From NCBI GenBank assembly GCA_963817895.1, contig CAWFQB010000003.1, positions 224,001 through 288,000 of the forward strand: a DNA stretch of 64,000 bases. Reading direction: 5' to 3'. Positions 51,978 to 61,432 of the stretch are shown here, in pieces (position 1 is the stretch's first letter; each line of letters starts with the position of its first letter). The position numbers were made by a program, and so were the translations under genes. This DNA comes from an uncultured Chthonomonadaceae bacterium. Lineage in GTDB: Bacteria; Armatimonadota; Chthonomonadetes; Chthonomonadales; Chthonomonadaceae. The notes under the pieces were generated by a model. That model made no database searches. It was not told the origin of the DNA and saw only the letters and a list, made by a program, of their open reading frames with translations.

Positions 51978-53700
51978 GTGCCGCTGCCGGGAAACACGGC
52001 GCGGCCTGTTTCTAAACTTAAAAGCCATTCGCAGTTGTGGGCGCTGCGCAACGTATACGAAAACGGTTCGCGTAAGCGGCGCCCCTTCCCGCGCCTCCCC
52101 GAGCAGGTTCAGCGCGACGTGGGGACTGCGCCTCTCATCGTTTTATTCGCGTTCGCCTGCGGGCCGCTTGCGCTGTGGAGCGCGGCAGGACAGCGTGCGC
52201 TTCCCGCGGCTGGGTATCGGCTGCATCCTGTTCCTGTTGCTGCGGCGTTCCCCCGCCTGGGGCGTTTTCCTCACCCTGCTGTACCTGTCTCTTCTCGGCG
52301 GCATACGGCGCTGGCTTGTGCCCGCGCTCGGCTGGACTTCTGCGGACCCGCTGCTGCTGGTCGCGCCCACGCTGGTTCTGATCAACTTCCTGAATATGCT
52401 GTTGACGCGGCGCGTTCCCACCGATACGCGCCTGGCCCGCAGTCTGTTGTGGCTGCTTGCCATCATGTTCGTGGAGATTTTTAATCCGCTTCAGGGCAGT
52501 TTGAGCGTGGGGCTGGCAGGCGTCCTGTTTACCATTGTGCCTGTTCTCTGGTATTATTATGGAAGACACATGGGCAGCGAAATCGTTCTGCGGCGCCTGT
52601 TGGCGGCGGTTGTCGGAATAGCCCTGTTGGGTGCGCTGTATGGCCTGTATCAGACCTATTTCGGACTGCTTCCGGCGGAAAAGGAGTGGCTGGAACTTAA
52701 CAAAGCAAGTTATGGCGCCCTTTTTGTTACCGACAAGATCATTCGGGTATTCTCCTTTTTCACCTCTTCACAGGAGTACATGCAGGTTGTCGGTATGGGC
52801 GTGGTTGTGCTGTGGGCGGCATTTTTGCGCGGCGCGCGCCTGGCGCTGCTGCCCCTTCCCTTCCTGGCCGCGATGATTTTTCTGTCCAGCATGCGCGGCG
52901 CGGTTGTGGTTACTCTGTTCGCCTGCATGGTGCTGTGGGCTGTGCAGGGGCGCGCGGTTCTGGCATGGGGGCCACGCTTCGCGCTTGCTCTCATACTGGC
53001 TGCCGCCGGATTGTCCTGGAGTTTACAGCAGGTGCAGAGTCAGGAGTATGATACGCGCACTCAGGCTCTGGTGACGCATCAGGTAAACGGCCTGCTCGCT
53101 TCCTCCGACCCGAAGCGCCCCGTGTCTACGGCAGGTACGCATATGTTCATGGTGGCATCGGGCGTACTGGCGGGGTTTCGAGTGCCGACAGGACGCGGAT
53201 TAGGCTCCACTACGATTGCCGGCAGTAAATTCGATGACGACAATAAAAATAGTGGTACGGAGGTTGATATAAGCGATGCTTTTGCCGCATTGGGCTTCGC
53301 GGGCGGTTTTGTTTATCTGGGCGTGATCTGCTTTGTGATGTCGAGCGTGATTCAACTGTGGCGCGCGACGCGCAGTTTCACCGCTCTGGCGACGCTGGGA
53401 GTTCTGGTTGTGCATATGGGACACTGGCTGCACGGCGGCTCCTACGCCGCCACGATGATTGTCTGGTTTCTGATTGGCGGCATGGAACGTTCCCTGATAA
53501 GCGCGCGTTCAGCCCAAGCGCGGGCCATTTCTGATGCGCAAACCGCCGTCGCGTCCGAAGAAGCCGGCGAAGCCGACGTGAATGTGACGCCGGCAGAACG
53601 CGCTTTCCTGCAAAATACGCCTCGTGGTCGCTGGCAGGCGCGGCAGAAACTGCTCCTGAAGTCCGACAGCCCGAAATCCGGCGGAAGGGCGCGCCGATGA
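51978..53700 (+). CDS. Polytopic membrane protein, Wzy/O-antigen polymerase-like; N-terminus probably frameshifted near 52200
   Basis: About 11 TM helices, GGIRRW, EIFNPLQG, YGLYQ, SSMRG, GRGLGS. A first TM-like segment lies in the overlapping ORF 51978-52484. Start uncertain. Confidence 0.65.
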
Positions 53701-54893
53701 ACCTTGCGCTGATTACCCATAAAGTTGTCAAAGGGGAGGGGCAGGCGCGCGTCAATTATGAGATCGCGAAGCGGGCCGCATCCGCCGGCTGGCGCGTGAC
53801 GCTGATCGCGGGCGAGGTGTCGCCCGAACTTCAAGACTGTTCGCGAATAACGTGGGTTAAAATCCCCTGGTCGGATCGGTTCTCCGTACTGGCAGGAGTA
53901 TGGGACTTCGCGTGGCGCAGCGCGCGCTGGCTGCGAACGCGGCGCGAACCGTTCGACGCGATTCATGTGAATGGCTTCGTCACCTGGGCGGCGGGAGATG
54001 TCAACGCGGTTCATTTTGTCCATTCGGCCTGGCAGCGCTCCCCCTGGCATCCCTGCCGGACACAATCTCACTCCGGCAAAAGCGGGGGCGGGGGCAAATT
54101 CCCCGGCGCGCATAGCGCGTATCAATGGCTGTTTACCAGTCTGAATGTCCGTTGGGAACAGCAGGCATTTCGGAAAGCGCGGCGCATCATTGCGGTTTCG
54201 GGGCAGGTGCGGCAGGAACTCATTGCCGCAGGGGTTGCCCCCGACAAAATCCGCGTGATTGGCAACGGGGTGGATCTGGATGAGTTTCATCCGGGCGTGG
54301 AGGACAGAAACGCGCTCGGCCTGCCTCCTGACGCGCCGCTTGCCCTGTTTGCGGGAGATTTGCGCCTGCCGCGCAAAAATCTGGATACCGTGTTGCAGGC
54401 AATGACCCGCCTGCCGGACTTGCATCTGGCGGTAGCGGGGAGAGTGGAAGGCAGCCCCTACCCGGCAATGGCGGCCGGTTTGGGCGTGCAAGACCGGGTC
54501 CATTTTCTCGGTTTTCGCTCCGACATGCCCGCCCTGATGCGCGCCTGTGATTTTCTCGCGTTTCCGTCGCGCTATGAGCCGTTCGGCCTGGTGCTGCTGG
54601 AAGCCCTCGCGTCCGGTCTGCCCGTCCTGACCGCGTCGTCAGCGGGCGGCGCGGAGATTTTGAGCGCGGCTTGCGGGCATGTTCTTGACGACCCCGAAGA
54701 TGCAGAGGAGTTGGCTGCCGTCGCGCAGGCATGGATAGCGCAGCCGGAACGCCTGCGCCAGATGGCACTGGCCGCCCGGCAAATCGCGCGGGAACACAGC
54801 TGGAATCGAATGGCGGACGCCTATCTGAGCCTGTATACGGAAATCGCCGATATGAAGGCGTTGCCCGCATACGGCGGGGCGGTTTTATTGTGA
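53697..54893 (+). CDS. Glycosyltransferase family 4
   Basis: GEGQARVNYE, IGNGVD, PSRYEPFGLVLLEALASG. Confidence 0.92.
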   Translation: MNLALITHKVVKGEGQARVNYEIAKRAASAGWRVTLIAGEVSPELQDCSRITWVKIPWSDRFSVLAGVWDFAWRSARWLRTRREPFDAIHVNGFVTWAAGDVNAVHFVHSAWQRSPWHPCRTQSHSGKSGGGGKFPGAHSAYQWLFTSLNVRWEQQAFRKARRIIAVSGQVRQELIAAGVAPDKIRVIGNGVDLDEFHPGVEDRNALGLPPDAPLALFAGDLRLPRKNLDTVLQAMTRLPDLHLAVAGRVEGSPYPAMAAGLGVQDRVHFLGFRSDMPALMRACDFLAFPSRYEPFGLVLLEALASGLPVLTASSAGGAEILSAACGHVLDDPEDAEELAAVAQAWIAQPERLRQMALAARQIAREHSWNRMADAYLSLYTEIADMKALPAYGGAVLL

Positions 54894-56023
54894 CGCGCAT
54901 CCTGTGCATCAACACGGGCGGGGCAGGCAGTCTGGACGAAGCCCGCGCGCGAACGTTGGCCGCCTGCCTGGAAGCCGACGTAACTCATTTCGGCGTCGTC
55001 CGCTCCGCGTCGCGGGCGGAATCCGGTCGTGAAATCAGCAGGCTCCTGCGTTCGGAATCGTGGGATATGGTGTATCAGGAGGGGACGGGAATTGCAGCCG
55101 GCGCAAGCCTGATTCGGGCGGCGCGGGAGCGCGAACAGCGTTTCATCGTATCGGGCGGAGATCCCATCGGCGGTTTTTTTCATGTTACCGCCGGCCCGGT
55201 TCACGGCCTGGCGTTCGGGCTGTATGAGCGCGCGCTGTATCGCGCCTGCGCGGGTTATGTGGGCTGGACGCCGTATCTCACCGGTATGGCGCTCGCTCTG
55301 GGCGCGAAGCGGGCCGTAACCGTCGAGGGCGGGGTTGACCTGGCGCTGTTTCAGCCCTGTTCCCCTACAGACCGGCTGGCATATCGGCAAAAATGGAACA
55401 TTCCCGCTTCCCATCTGGTATGCGGGGTGGTGGGCAGCCTGCGCTGGACGCCGCGCCAATCGTACTGTTACGGCCTGGAACTGCTGGAAACGCTAAAGCG
55501 TTTGCGCCGCGAAGACGTGACCCTGCTGATTGTGGGGGATGGCGACGGGCGCAGCCGTCTGGAACAGGCGTTACCGGCAGCCCTGCGCCATCGGGCCGTT
55601 TTTACCGGGCGTGTGCCAGCCCCCGATGTGGCGGCGGCTATCAACTGCATGGACATCGGCTTTATCACGCAAACGCTGGATCGGCTGGGCAACTACCGCC
55701 TGACGACGAAATTGCCGGAGTACATGGCCTGTGGCGTTCCCGTCGCGATGAGTCCGGTTCCGGGCTTTTATGATTACGCCGCGCCTGCGGGCTGGGCATT
55801 GCCCGCGCTGCATCCGGCAAGTCCGATGTTTCATCAACAATGCGCGGCCTGGCTGGACGATCTGGAAGCGGGTGAAATCCGGGCAAAAGCCGGCCATGCC
55901 CGCGAAGTGGCCGTCCGCCATTTCGACTATGAGGTGCTTGGCAGGCGCTTTCGACGTTTTGTACAGGAACTACTGCCGGTTGGAAACAGGTCAACGGAAC
56001 CGCATAAATGGCAACAATTTTGA
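54890..56023 (+). CDS. GT-B glycosyltransferase (GT4-like)
   Basis: GTG start overlaps the previous stop. EGGVD, LIVGDGDG, FTGRV, TTKLPEYMACG. Confidence 0.82.
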   Translation: MTRILCINTGGAGSLDEARARTLAACLEADVTHFGVVRSASRAESGREISRLLRSESWDMVYQEGTGIAAGASLIRAAREREQRFIVSGGDPIGGFFHVTAGPVHGLAFGLYERALYRACAGYVGWTPYLTGMALALGAKRAVTVEGGVDLALFQPCSPTDRLAYRQKWNIPASHLVCGVVGSLRWTPRQSYCYGLELLETLKRLRREDVTLLIVGDGDGRSRLEQALPAALRHRAVFTGRVPAPDVAAAINCMDIGFITQTLDRLGNYRLTTKLPEYMACGVPVAMSPVPGFYDYAAPAGWALPALHPASPMFHQQCAAWLDDLEAGEIRAKAGHAREVAVRHFDYEVLGRRFRRFVQELLPVGNRSTEPHKWQQF

Positions 56024-56067
56024 ATGAATGTCGTGCGCCAGAGGGACTGAAACGGGATACGAACGGC

Positions 56068-57213
56068 ATGAAGGTGCTAATGGTCGGGATGGACTGGCTT
56101 CCCAACGGGGAAGGGGGTCTGAACCGTTACTTTTATGACGCGGTCAACGCCCTGCCGGATGTCGGCGTGGAGGGCAGCGCGCTGGTCACGTTTCTGCATC
56201 CGGGGCAGTGCGCGTCCCTGCGCCTGCACGCGATGGCTCCGCCCGGCGCTTCGCTGCTGCAGGTGTGGCGCGGCGCGCGCATTGCCGCGCGCCGCGAACT
56301 GCAAACGGGGATTGATCTGGTGAACGCGCACCATGCGCTGTACGCCTGGCCCTGGCTGCGCGACCTGCCCCGCGACATGCCTCTGGTGGTTAATTTTCAG
56401 GGCCCCTGGGCGGAAGAGATTTCGGTAGAAGCGACCAAGCGATTTCGTAAGTTGCGCATTATGCTGGCGCGGCATATCGAAAGGCGCGTGTATCAGCGCG
56501 CCAATGGCATCATCACGCTGTCGGAAGCGTTTCGGGATGAAGTGCAGGGGCGTTACGGGGTTGCGCCCAACCGGGTGCGGGTGGTTCCGGGGGGCGTGGA
56601 TACGCGCCCGTTTCTGGCCGCGCCGGACCGTCAGCGGGCGCGAAACCTGCTGAACTGGCCGCAGGATCGTCCGATTATCATGAGTGTGCGCCGCCTGACG
56701 CGGCGTATGGGGCTTGAGAATTTAGTGGCGGCGTTTGATGCGGTACGCGGGGCGCATCCCGACGCGCTGCTGTATATCGGCGGCAAGGGCCATTTGTCCG
56801 AAGAATTGCAGCATCAGATTGACCGGCTCGGCCTTCGCGAACAGGTGAAGTTGCTGGGCTTTATTCCCGACGCCGACCTGCCCCTGGCATACGCCGCAGC
56901 CGACATTATGGTCGTGCCGACGCTTGCTCTGGAGGGGTTCGGCCTGGTCACGCTGGAAGCTCTCGCAGCCGGGACACCCGTAATGGGAACGCCCATCGGC
57001 GGCACTCCCGAAATCTTGCGACGGCTGGATGAGCGTCTGATTTTCGACGCGGCCACTCCCGCGGCAATGGCCGCGCATATCACTGCCGCGCTCGACGGCA
57101 GGCTTGAACTTCCCGACCGCGCCACCTGCCGCCAATTCGCGCAGCAGTACGCCTGGTCGGAAATCGCCCCCCGCCTGCGCGATGTGTTCGAGGAATTCGT
57201 CGTCAAACCATAA
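56068..57213 (+). CDS. Glycosyltransferase family 4
   Basis: GGLNRY, VPGGVD, RRLTRRMGL, PTLALEGFGLVTLEALAAG. Confidence 0.92.
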   Translation: MKVLMVGMDWLPNGEGGLNRYFYDAVNALPDVGVEGSALVTFLHPGQCASLRLHAMAPPGASLLQVWRGARIAARRELQTGIDLVNAHHALYAWPWLRDLPRDMPLVVNFQGPWAEEISVEATKRFRKLRIMLARHIERRVYQRANGIITLSEAFRDEVQGRYGVAPNRVRVVPGGVDTRPFLAAPDRQRARNLLNWPQDRPIIMSVRRLTRRMGLENLVAAFDAVRGAHPDALLYIGGKGHLSEELQHQIDRLGLREQVKLLGFIPDADLPLAYAAADIMVVPTLALEGFGLVTLEALAAGTPVMGTPIGGTPEILRRLDERLIFDAATPAAMAAHITAALDGRLELPDRATCRQFAQQYAWSEIAPRLRDVFEEFVVKP

Positions 57214-57217
57214 AAGG

Positions 57218-57392
57218 CCATCCCAATACCGTAGGGACATAACTTGTTATGTCCTCCGGGCCTGGTCTGTGACGAACCCGCCCACAGCTTTCACGACCAT
57301 CCCAATACCGTAGGGACATAACTTGTTATGTCCTTCGCCTGCGCGGATATAACCTATCCACAGAAGAGGACATAACAAGTTATGTCCCTACG
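57218..57392. repeat. GTAG-type REP cluster (two direct copies and one inverted copy)
   Basis: 38-bp exact direct repeats at 57218-57255 and 57297-57334 contain GTAG-GGACATAAC-TT-GTTATGTCC. Inverted 26-bp copy at 57367-57392. Lies between convergent genes. Confidence 0.85.
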
Positions 57393-57411
57393 ATACCATC
57401 TTCCTCCTCCC

Positions 57412-58257
57412 CTACTTCCTCGCCATTTCCACACCCGGCGCAAGTCGGTGCTTGAATCGGTCGAATCGGTCACGGTCATCATAAACCAGAATGGCATTGG
57501 TCAGTTTGCGGGAGGGGGAAATCCGCATTTTGGCGTGATCGTAGAAGCCGAGCGAACCGCCCGCGTCCAGATTCATGGCGTCCACGCAACCCAACCGTTT
57601 CATCACTTTCGCCATCCGCCCCAACTGAATCTGGCTGCGCGTGGCGACGAACACCAGTTTATTGCGCGAAGTGACGCCGACCGCAAGGCGGGTTGCCGAG
57701 CCGAGCAGATGCGGATCGTGGAACCCCTCCGGGCCGGGATGCACTTCCGCAACGCCCTCCGTTACGAGGCGAGGACCGGCGCAACAGACAAAATCGTACT
57801 GGCTCCAGTCCATCCAGGCGTAGTTGTGCGGGGGATGCACGAAATTGCACTGATTATCATTGGTCAGGCACAGGGCTGTGCCGACGCCGCCCCGATGCGC
57901 GAGCTTGCCATTAACTACAATATCTCCGATAGGAATCAGCGACTGTTCGCAGAAATAGGTTCCCGTAAACGCCGCTGTGGGGTGTGAGCGGTGAATCATA
58001 TCGGCGAACTTTTCCGAGTGTCCCCGCCCATACTGCGCCATCATGCCCGTCACCTTCACGTTCGGGTCATTAAGATCAACCGTCAGCACCATCACGGAAA
58101 CGCCCGCCGACGTGCCGCGCGTCAGACCGACGCTGTTGGCCCGCGAAGGCGCAATACCGCCCGCCATCAGCAGCGCGCCCATTCCCAAACATGCGGCGGC
58201 TTTTCTAAACCACGACTGCGATTGTTCTCGCGCAGTCTTGCGTATCTCATTCCTCAT
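57412..58257 (-). CDS. Phosphodiester glycosidase family protein (NAGPA/DUF2233-like), exported
   Basis: Signal-like N-terminus, AGPRLV, TRLAVGV, LG..DAMNLDAGGS, R.LTNAILV. Confidence 0.8.
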   Translation of the reverse strand: MRNEIRKTAREQSQSWFRKAAACLGMGALLMAGGIAPSRANSVGLTRGTSAGVSVMVLTVDLNDPNVKVTGMMAQYGRGHSEKFADMIHRSHPTAAFTGTYFCEQSLIPIGDIVVNGKLAHRGGVGTALCLTNDNQCNFVHPPHNYAWMDWSQYDFVCCAGPRLVTEGVAEVHPGPEGFHDPHLLGSATRLAVGVTSRNKLVFVATRSQIQLGRMAKVMKRLGCVDAMNLDAGGSLGFYDHAKMRISPSRKLTNAILVYDDRDRFDRFKHRLAPGVEMARK

Positions 58258-58559
58258 GCACCTGTCCCCGTCTTTCTAATGTTCCCTGACGCATTGCCGC
58301 GCGTAAAATTTCTATGGTGAATAGCTGGCTGAAGCGCTCAACCCTGTGTGGCTGCAAGGGGTTCGTGTGTAGCGTTCACATAGTTCGCGACACAATACGG
58401 TTTTACCTCTCTTTGCCGCGAAAAATCGCCTTGCTCCCCTGCATATTCTTATGTATGGCGTCAGGGGAAGAGAAAAATAGACTGAATCAAACTCCTCCGA
58501 ACCGCGTTGAATGTGTTGACAGGGGGTGAGGAACGGAAGGCAACACGGAAGGAGCGAGT

Positions 58560-59147
58560 ATGGAGGATGACGCGCTGATGCAGGCGGTGGCGGCAGGGGA
58601 TAATCAGGCGTTCGGGGCGCTCGTGACGAAGTATCAGGGCGAAGTGACGCGGGTTGCCGGTCGCCTGCTGCGTGACCGCGAATCGGCGCGGGATGTGGCG
58701 CAGGAAACCTTCTTGCGGGTGTGGCGGGCGCGATTGCAATATCGGGCAGACGGCAAATTCCGCTTGTACCTGCTTCGCATCGCGCATAATGCCTGTCTGG
58801 ACCATCTTCGCGCCCGCGTCCCCTGCGAATCGCTGGACGAATGGCAGGAGCAGGGGCGCGACATGGAGGGTTCGGGCGTATCCGGCGCGGCGCGGCAGGC
58901 TGAAGCCCGAATGTTGTTTCAGGACGTACAAACAGCCCTGTCCACATTACCCCACGCGCAGCGGGTCGTATTCGTGTTAAGTTGTTGTGAAGGGTTATCG
59001 TACAAAGAGATCGCGCATGTGCTGGAATGTCCGATTGGAACCGTAGCGTCGCGCAAAGCGTTGGCGCTGGAAACCCTGCGCCGCCGCCTGTATCATTGGA
59101 ACGACGACGGCATTGCAGTTTCTGCATCGGGAGAGGATAGAAAATGA
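58560..59147 (+). CDS. ECF sigma-70 factor
   Basis: D..LM....GD..AF..LV, DVAQETFLRVW, YLLRIAHNACLD, LSYKEIA..LECPIGTVASR. Confidence 0.93.
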   Translation: MEDDALMQAVAAGDNQAFGALVTKYQGEVTRVAGRLLRDRESARDVAQETFLRVWRARLQYRADGKFRLYLLRIAHNACLDHLRARVPCESLDEWQEQGRDMEGSGVSGAARQAEARMLFQDVQTALSTLPHAQRVVFVLSCCEGLSYKEIAHVLECPIGTVASRKALALETLRRRLYHWNDDGIAVSASGEDRK

Positions 59148-59587
59148 ACTGCGAAGAAACACGTTCGCTGCTGGCGGCATGGCTGGACGGCGAGTTGGCG
59201 CAAAACACAGGTGACAATGTGGAAGCGCATGTTGCGAATTGCCACGAGTGCGGCACAATAGCGGCCTCGTACCGAAATATATTGCAAACTTTTCAAGCGA
59301 CTGACGCAGCCGCCTTACTCGAAGCGCCGGTTGCCGAACAAAACGCCGCAAGCCTGTGGCAAGACATCCAACTGCAAATACAGGCGGAAGACAGCGCGGT
59401 TTTACGTCAGGAGATGGCACAGATGTGGCAAATGCTGACCGCGCTGCAACGGGAAGTGAGTGAACTGCGCCGACAGGTAAACAGCCCCGCCAAAAGCCCG
59501 CGTCAGCGTGAAATCAGCCGTTTCGACATACTTATGCCCGGAACGCCGCCCCTGAACACATCCACCAATCTGCGTTCGCTGCTGTAG
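59144..59587 (+). CDS. Zinc-binding anti-sigma factor (zf-HC2), soluble
   Basis: MNC...LLAAWLDGEL...HVANCHEC (HxxxCxxC). ATGA overlap with the sigma gene. No TM; C-terminal coiled-coil-like segment. Confidence 0.85.
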   Translation: MNCEETRSLLAAWLDGELAQNTGDNVEAHVANCHECGTIAASYRNILQTFQATDAAALLEAPVAEQNAASLWQDIQLQIQAEDSAVLRQEMAQMWQMLTALQREVSELRRQVNSPAKSPRQREISRFDILMPGTPPLNTSTNLRSLL

Positions 59588-59645
59588 AACGGGGAACAGG
59601 AACACCGAACGCCGAACACCTGAACACCCAATTTTGGAGAACATA

Positions 59646-60687
59646 ATGGAAGCAAATGCGCTTTTAGAAGAGATGATTACCCGCAATGCGTCTGACCTGC
59701 ATCTGGTGGAGGGGCAACTCCCCGCGTTTCGCGTGGAGGGCGGGCTTGCGCGGCATGACGGGCCGGTTTTGCAGGCTGAAACGCTGCAACCCTTTGTCGC
59801 CACTCTGTTGAGCGAGGCGCAACAGGCGATGCTGGAAGAGGGCTACGATGTCAGCGTTTCGTATCGTCATGCCGAACGCCTGTTTCAGTGCCGGGTACTG
59901 CAAAGCGAGGGCAAGCCGACAATTGCCGTTCGCCTCGTAATGAACCACGTTCCGCAAATGGAAGAACTGCGCTATGCGCCCGACGTTCTGGCAACGCTGA
60001 ACGCTCTGATTCGCAAACCGCGGGCTGCTGCTGGTCACGGGCGAAACCGGAAGCGGCAAGCAAACGCTGTGCGCGTCCCTGCTGGAAAGCGTTAATAGAG
60101 AAATCGGAGCGCGCATCTGGACGCTGGAAAACCCGATCAATTGCGAAATGACAAGCAGGCAGGCGTTGATTACGCAGCGTCAGGTCGGGCGCGATGTGGC
60201 GAGTTTCGAGGCCGGATTGCAGTCTGCCGAAGATGCCGATGTGAACATCGTTTACGTCAGCGAACTGCGCAGTCTGGAAGCCGTGCAACTTGCGCTCACG
60301 CTGGCGGAAACCGGGCATACGGTTATGGCGGTCATGGGTGTGGGCAGCGCGTCAGCAGCGATTGAACGGCTCATAGACGTGTTCGGCGCGCAGGGCAATA
60401 CGATCCGGCAACTGCTGGCGCAAACCCTGATCGGCGTGGTCGCGCAACGTTTGCTTCGCCGGACGGAAAAGGGGCGTGTTCCCATTGTGGAAATTCTGCT
60501 CAACACGCCCCGCGTACAGCAGCAAATCCGCGCCGGACAAACCGACTTCACGCTGGCAATGGAAGCCGGTCGCGCAGACGGGATGCAGACAATGGACGAC
60601 GCCGTTTGCGCCGCCCATCATTCAGGAGAAATCAGCGAGTCAACCGCCCGCGAACACCTCCTCGACGGGAAACGCCTGAATTCCTGA
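59646..60687 (+). pseudogene. PilT/PilU-family ATPase-like protein, frameshifted near 60020, with degenerate motifs
   Basis: ASDLHL..G..P.FRVEG. After the shift LLVTGETGSGKQT, TLENPI, QRQVGRD, AETGH, VVAQRL, GMQTMD. Confidence 0.82.
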
Positions 60688-60853
60688 CGCGCCTGTTTGC
60701 GCTCGAAGAGAGTTTAACGGAAGGGGCGTTTTTCATAATACTTTCATAGAACCCTGCCACACTATAAAAGAAGCAAACATTTGGAATGCTATGTTCCAGG
60801 CCGTAGGGACTCTCCTCCTACGGCTCTTTTTTGCCCGCTTATTTGCTGCTCTG

Positions 60854-61408
60854 CTATTCCTGCCCTCCCACTGCGCGGACAAGCTGTTCCGAAGGCGTCT
60901 GCTGCTCTTCTGTGGCGGCGCGGAGTAATACGGTTTCTTGCGCCTGCCTCGGTTCAGCGGAAGCGCGTACCAGACTTTCCGGGGCAGGCAAATCGGGCGT
61001 GTTGGCGCGAGTAAGGGGAACACCGGGGGCAATGGCTCTCAGCGCCTGCATCGCTTCTGATGCCATCCGCCTGCACATGCGGGCAAACAGCGCTGACAGG
61101 AGTGCGACAAGCAGACTCCCGCCTGCCCCTTGAAAAGATTTCTGCGAAAGACAAATACATGTAATGACAAGACAGCCCACAGTTATCAGCGCCACGAAAC
61201 CCGTGGAGAACCATAAGCCCGCGCCCAACAGTCCCATAAACGCGCGGTCCGCCTGCGCTTGAACATACGCGCTTTTGCTCACAATCCGTTTGCGCCTCAG
61301 ATTCAGCGGCATGGCCTGTTCGCTGACGCGCGCGGGTTCAGATTGTTGAATCTGGTTTTCGGGTCGCAGGGTTGTTTCTACCGGCTCTTGTTCGTGAAGC
61401 GTCTGCAT
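60854..61408 (-). CDS. Hypothetical two-TM membrane protein
   Basis: GGAG RBS, two hydrophobic segments, C-terminal tail with three L(V/L)RA motifs. Confidence 0.65.
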   Translation of the reverse strand: MQTLHEQEPVETTLRPENQIQQSEPARVSEQAMPLNLRRKRIVSKSAYVQAQADRAFMGLLGAGLWFSTGFVALITVGCLVITCICLSQKSFQGAGGSLLVALLSALFARMCRRMASEAMQALRAIAPGVPLTRANTPDLPAPESLVRASAEPRQAQETVLLRAATEEQQTPSEQLVRAVGGQE

Positions 61409-61432
61409 CTTTGTGGCTCCTCGCGCTGGCGG

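Noticed and set aside
57218..57392. CRISPR-like repeat-spacer-repeat (38-bp repeat, 41-bp spacer)
   Set aside because: Only two direct copies, the third is inverted, and no cas genes are present. The GTAG-plus-hairpin structure fits REP elements.
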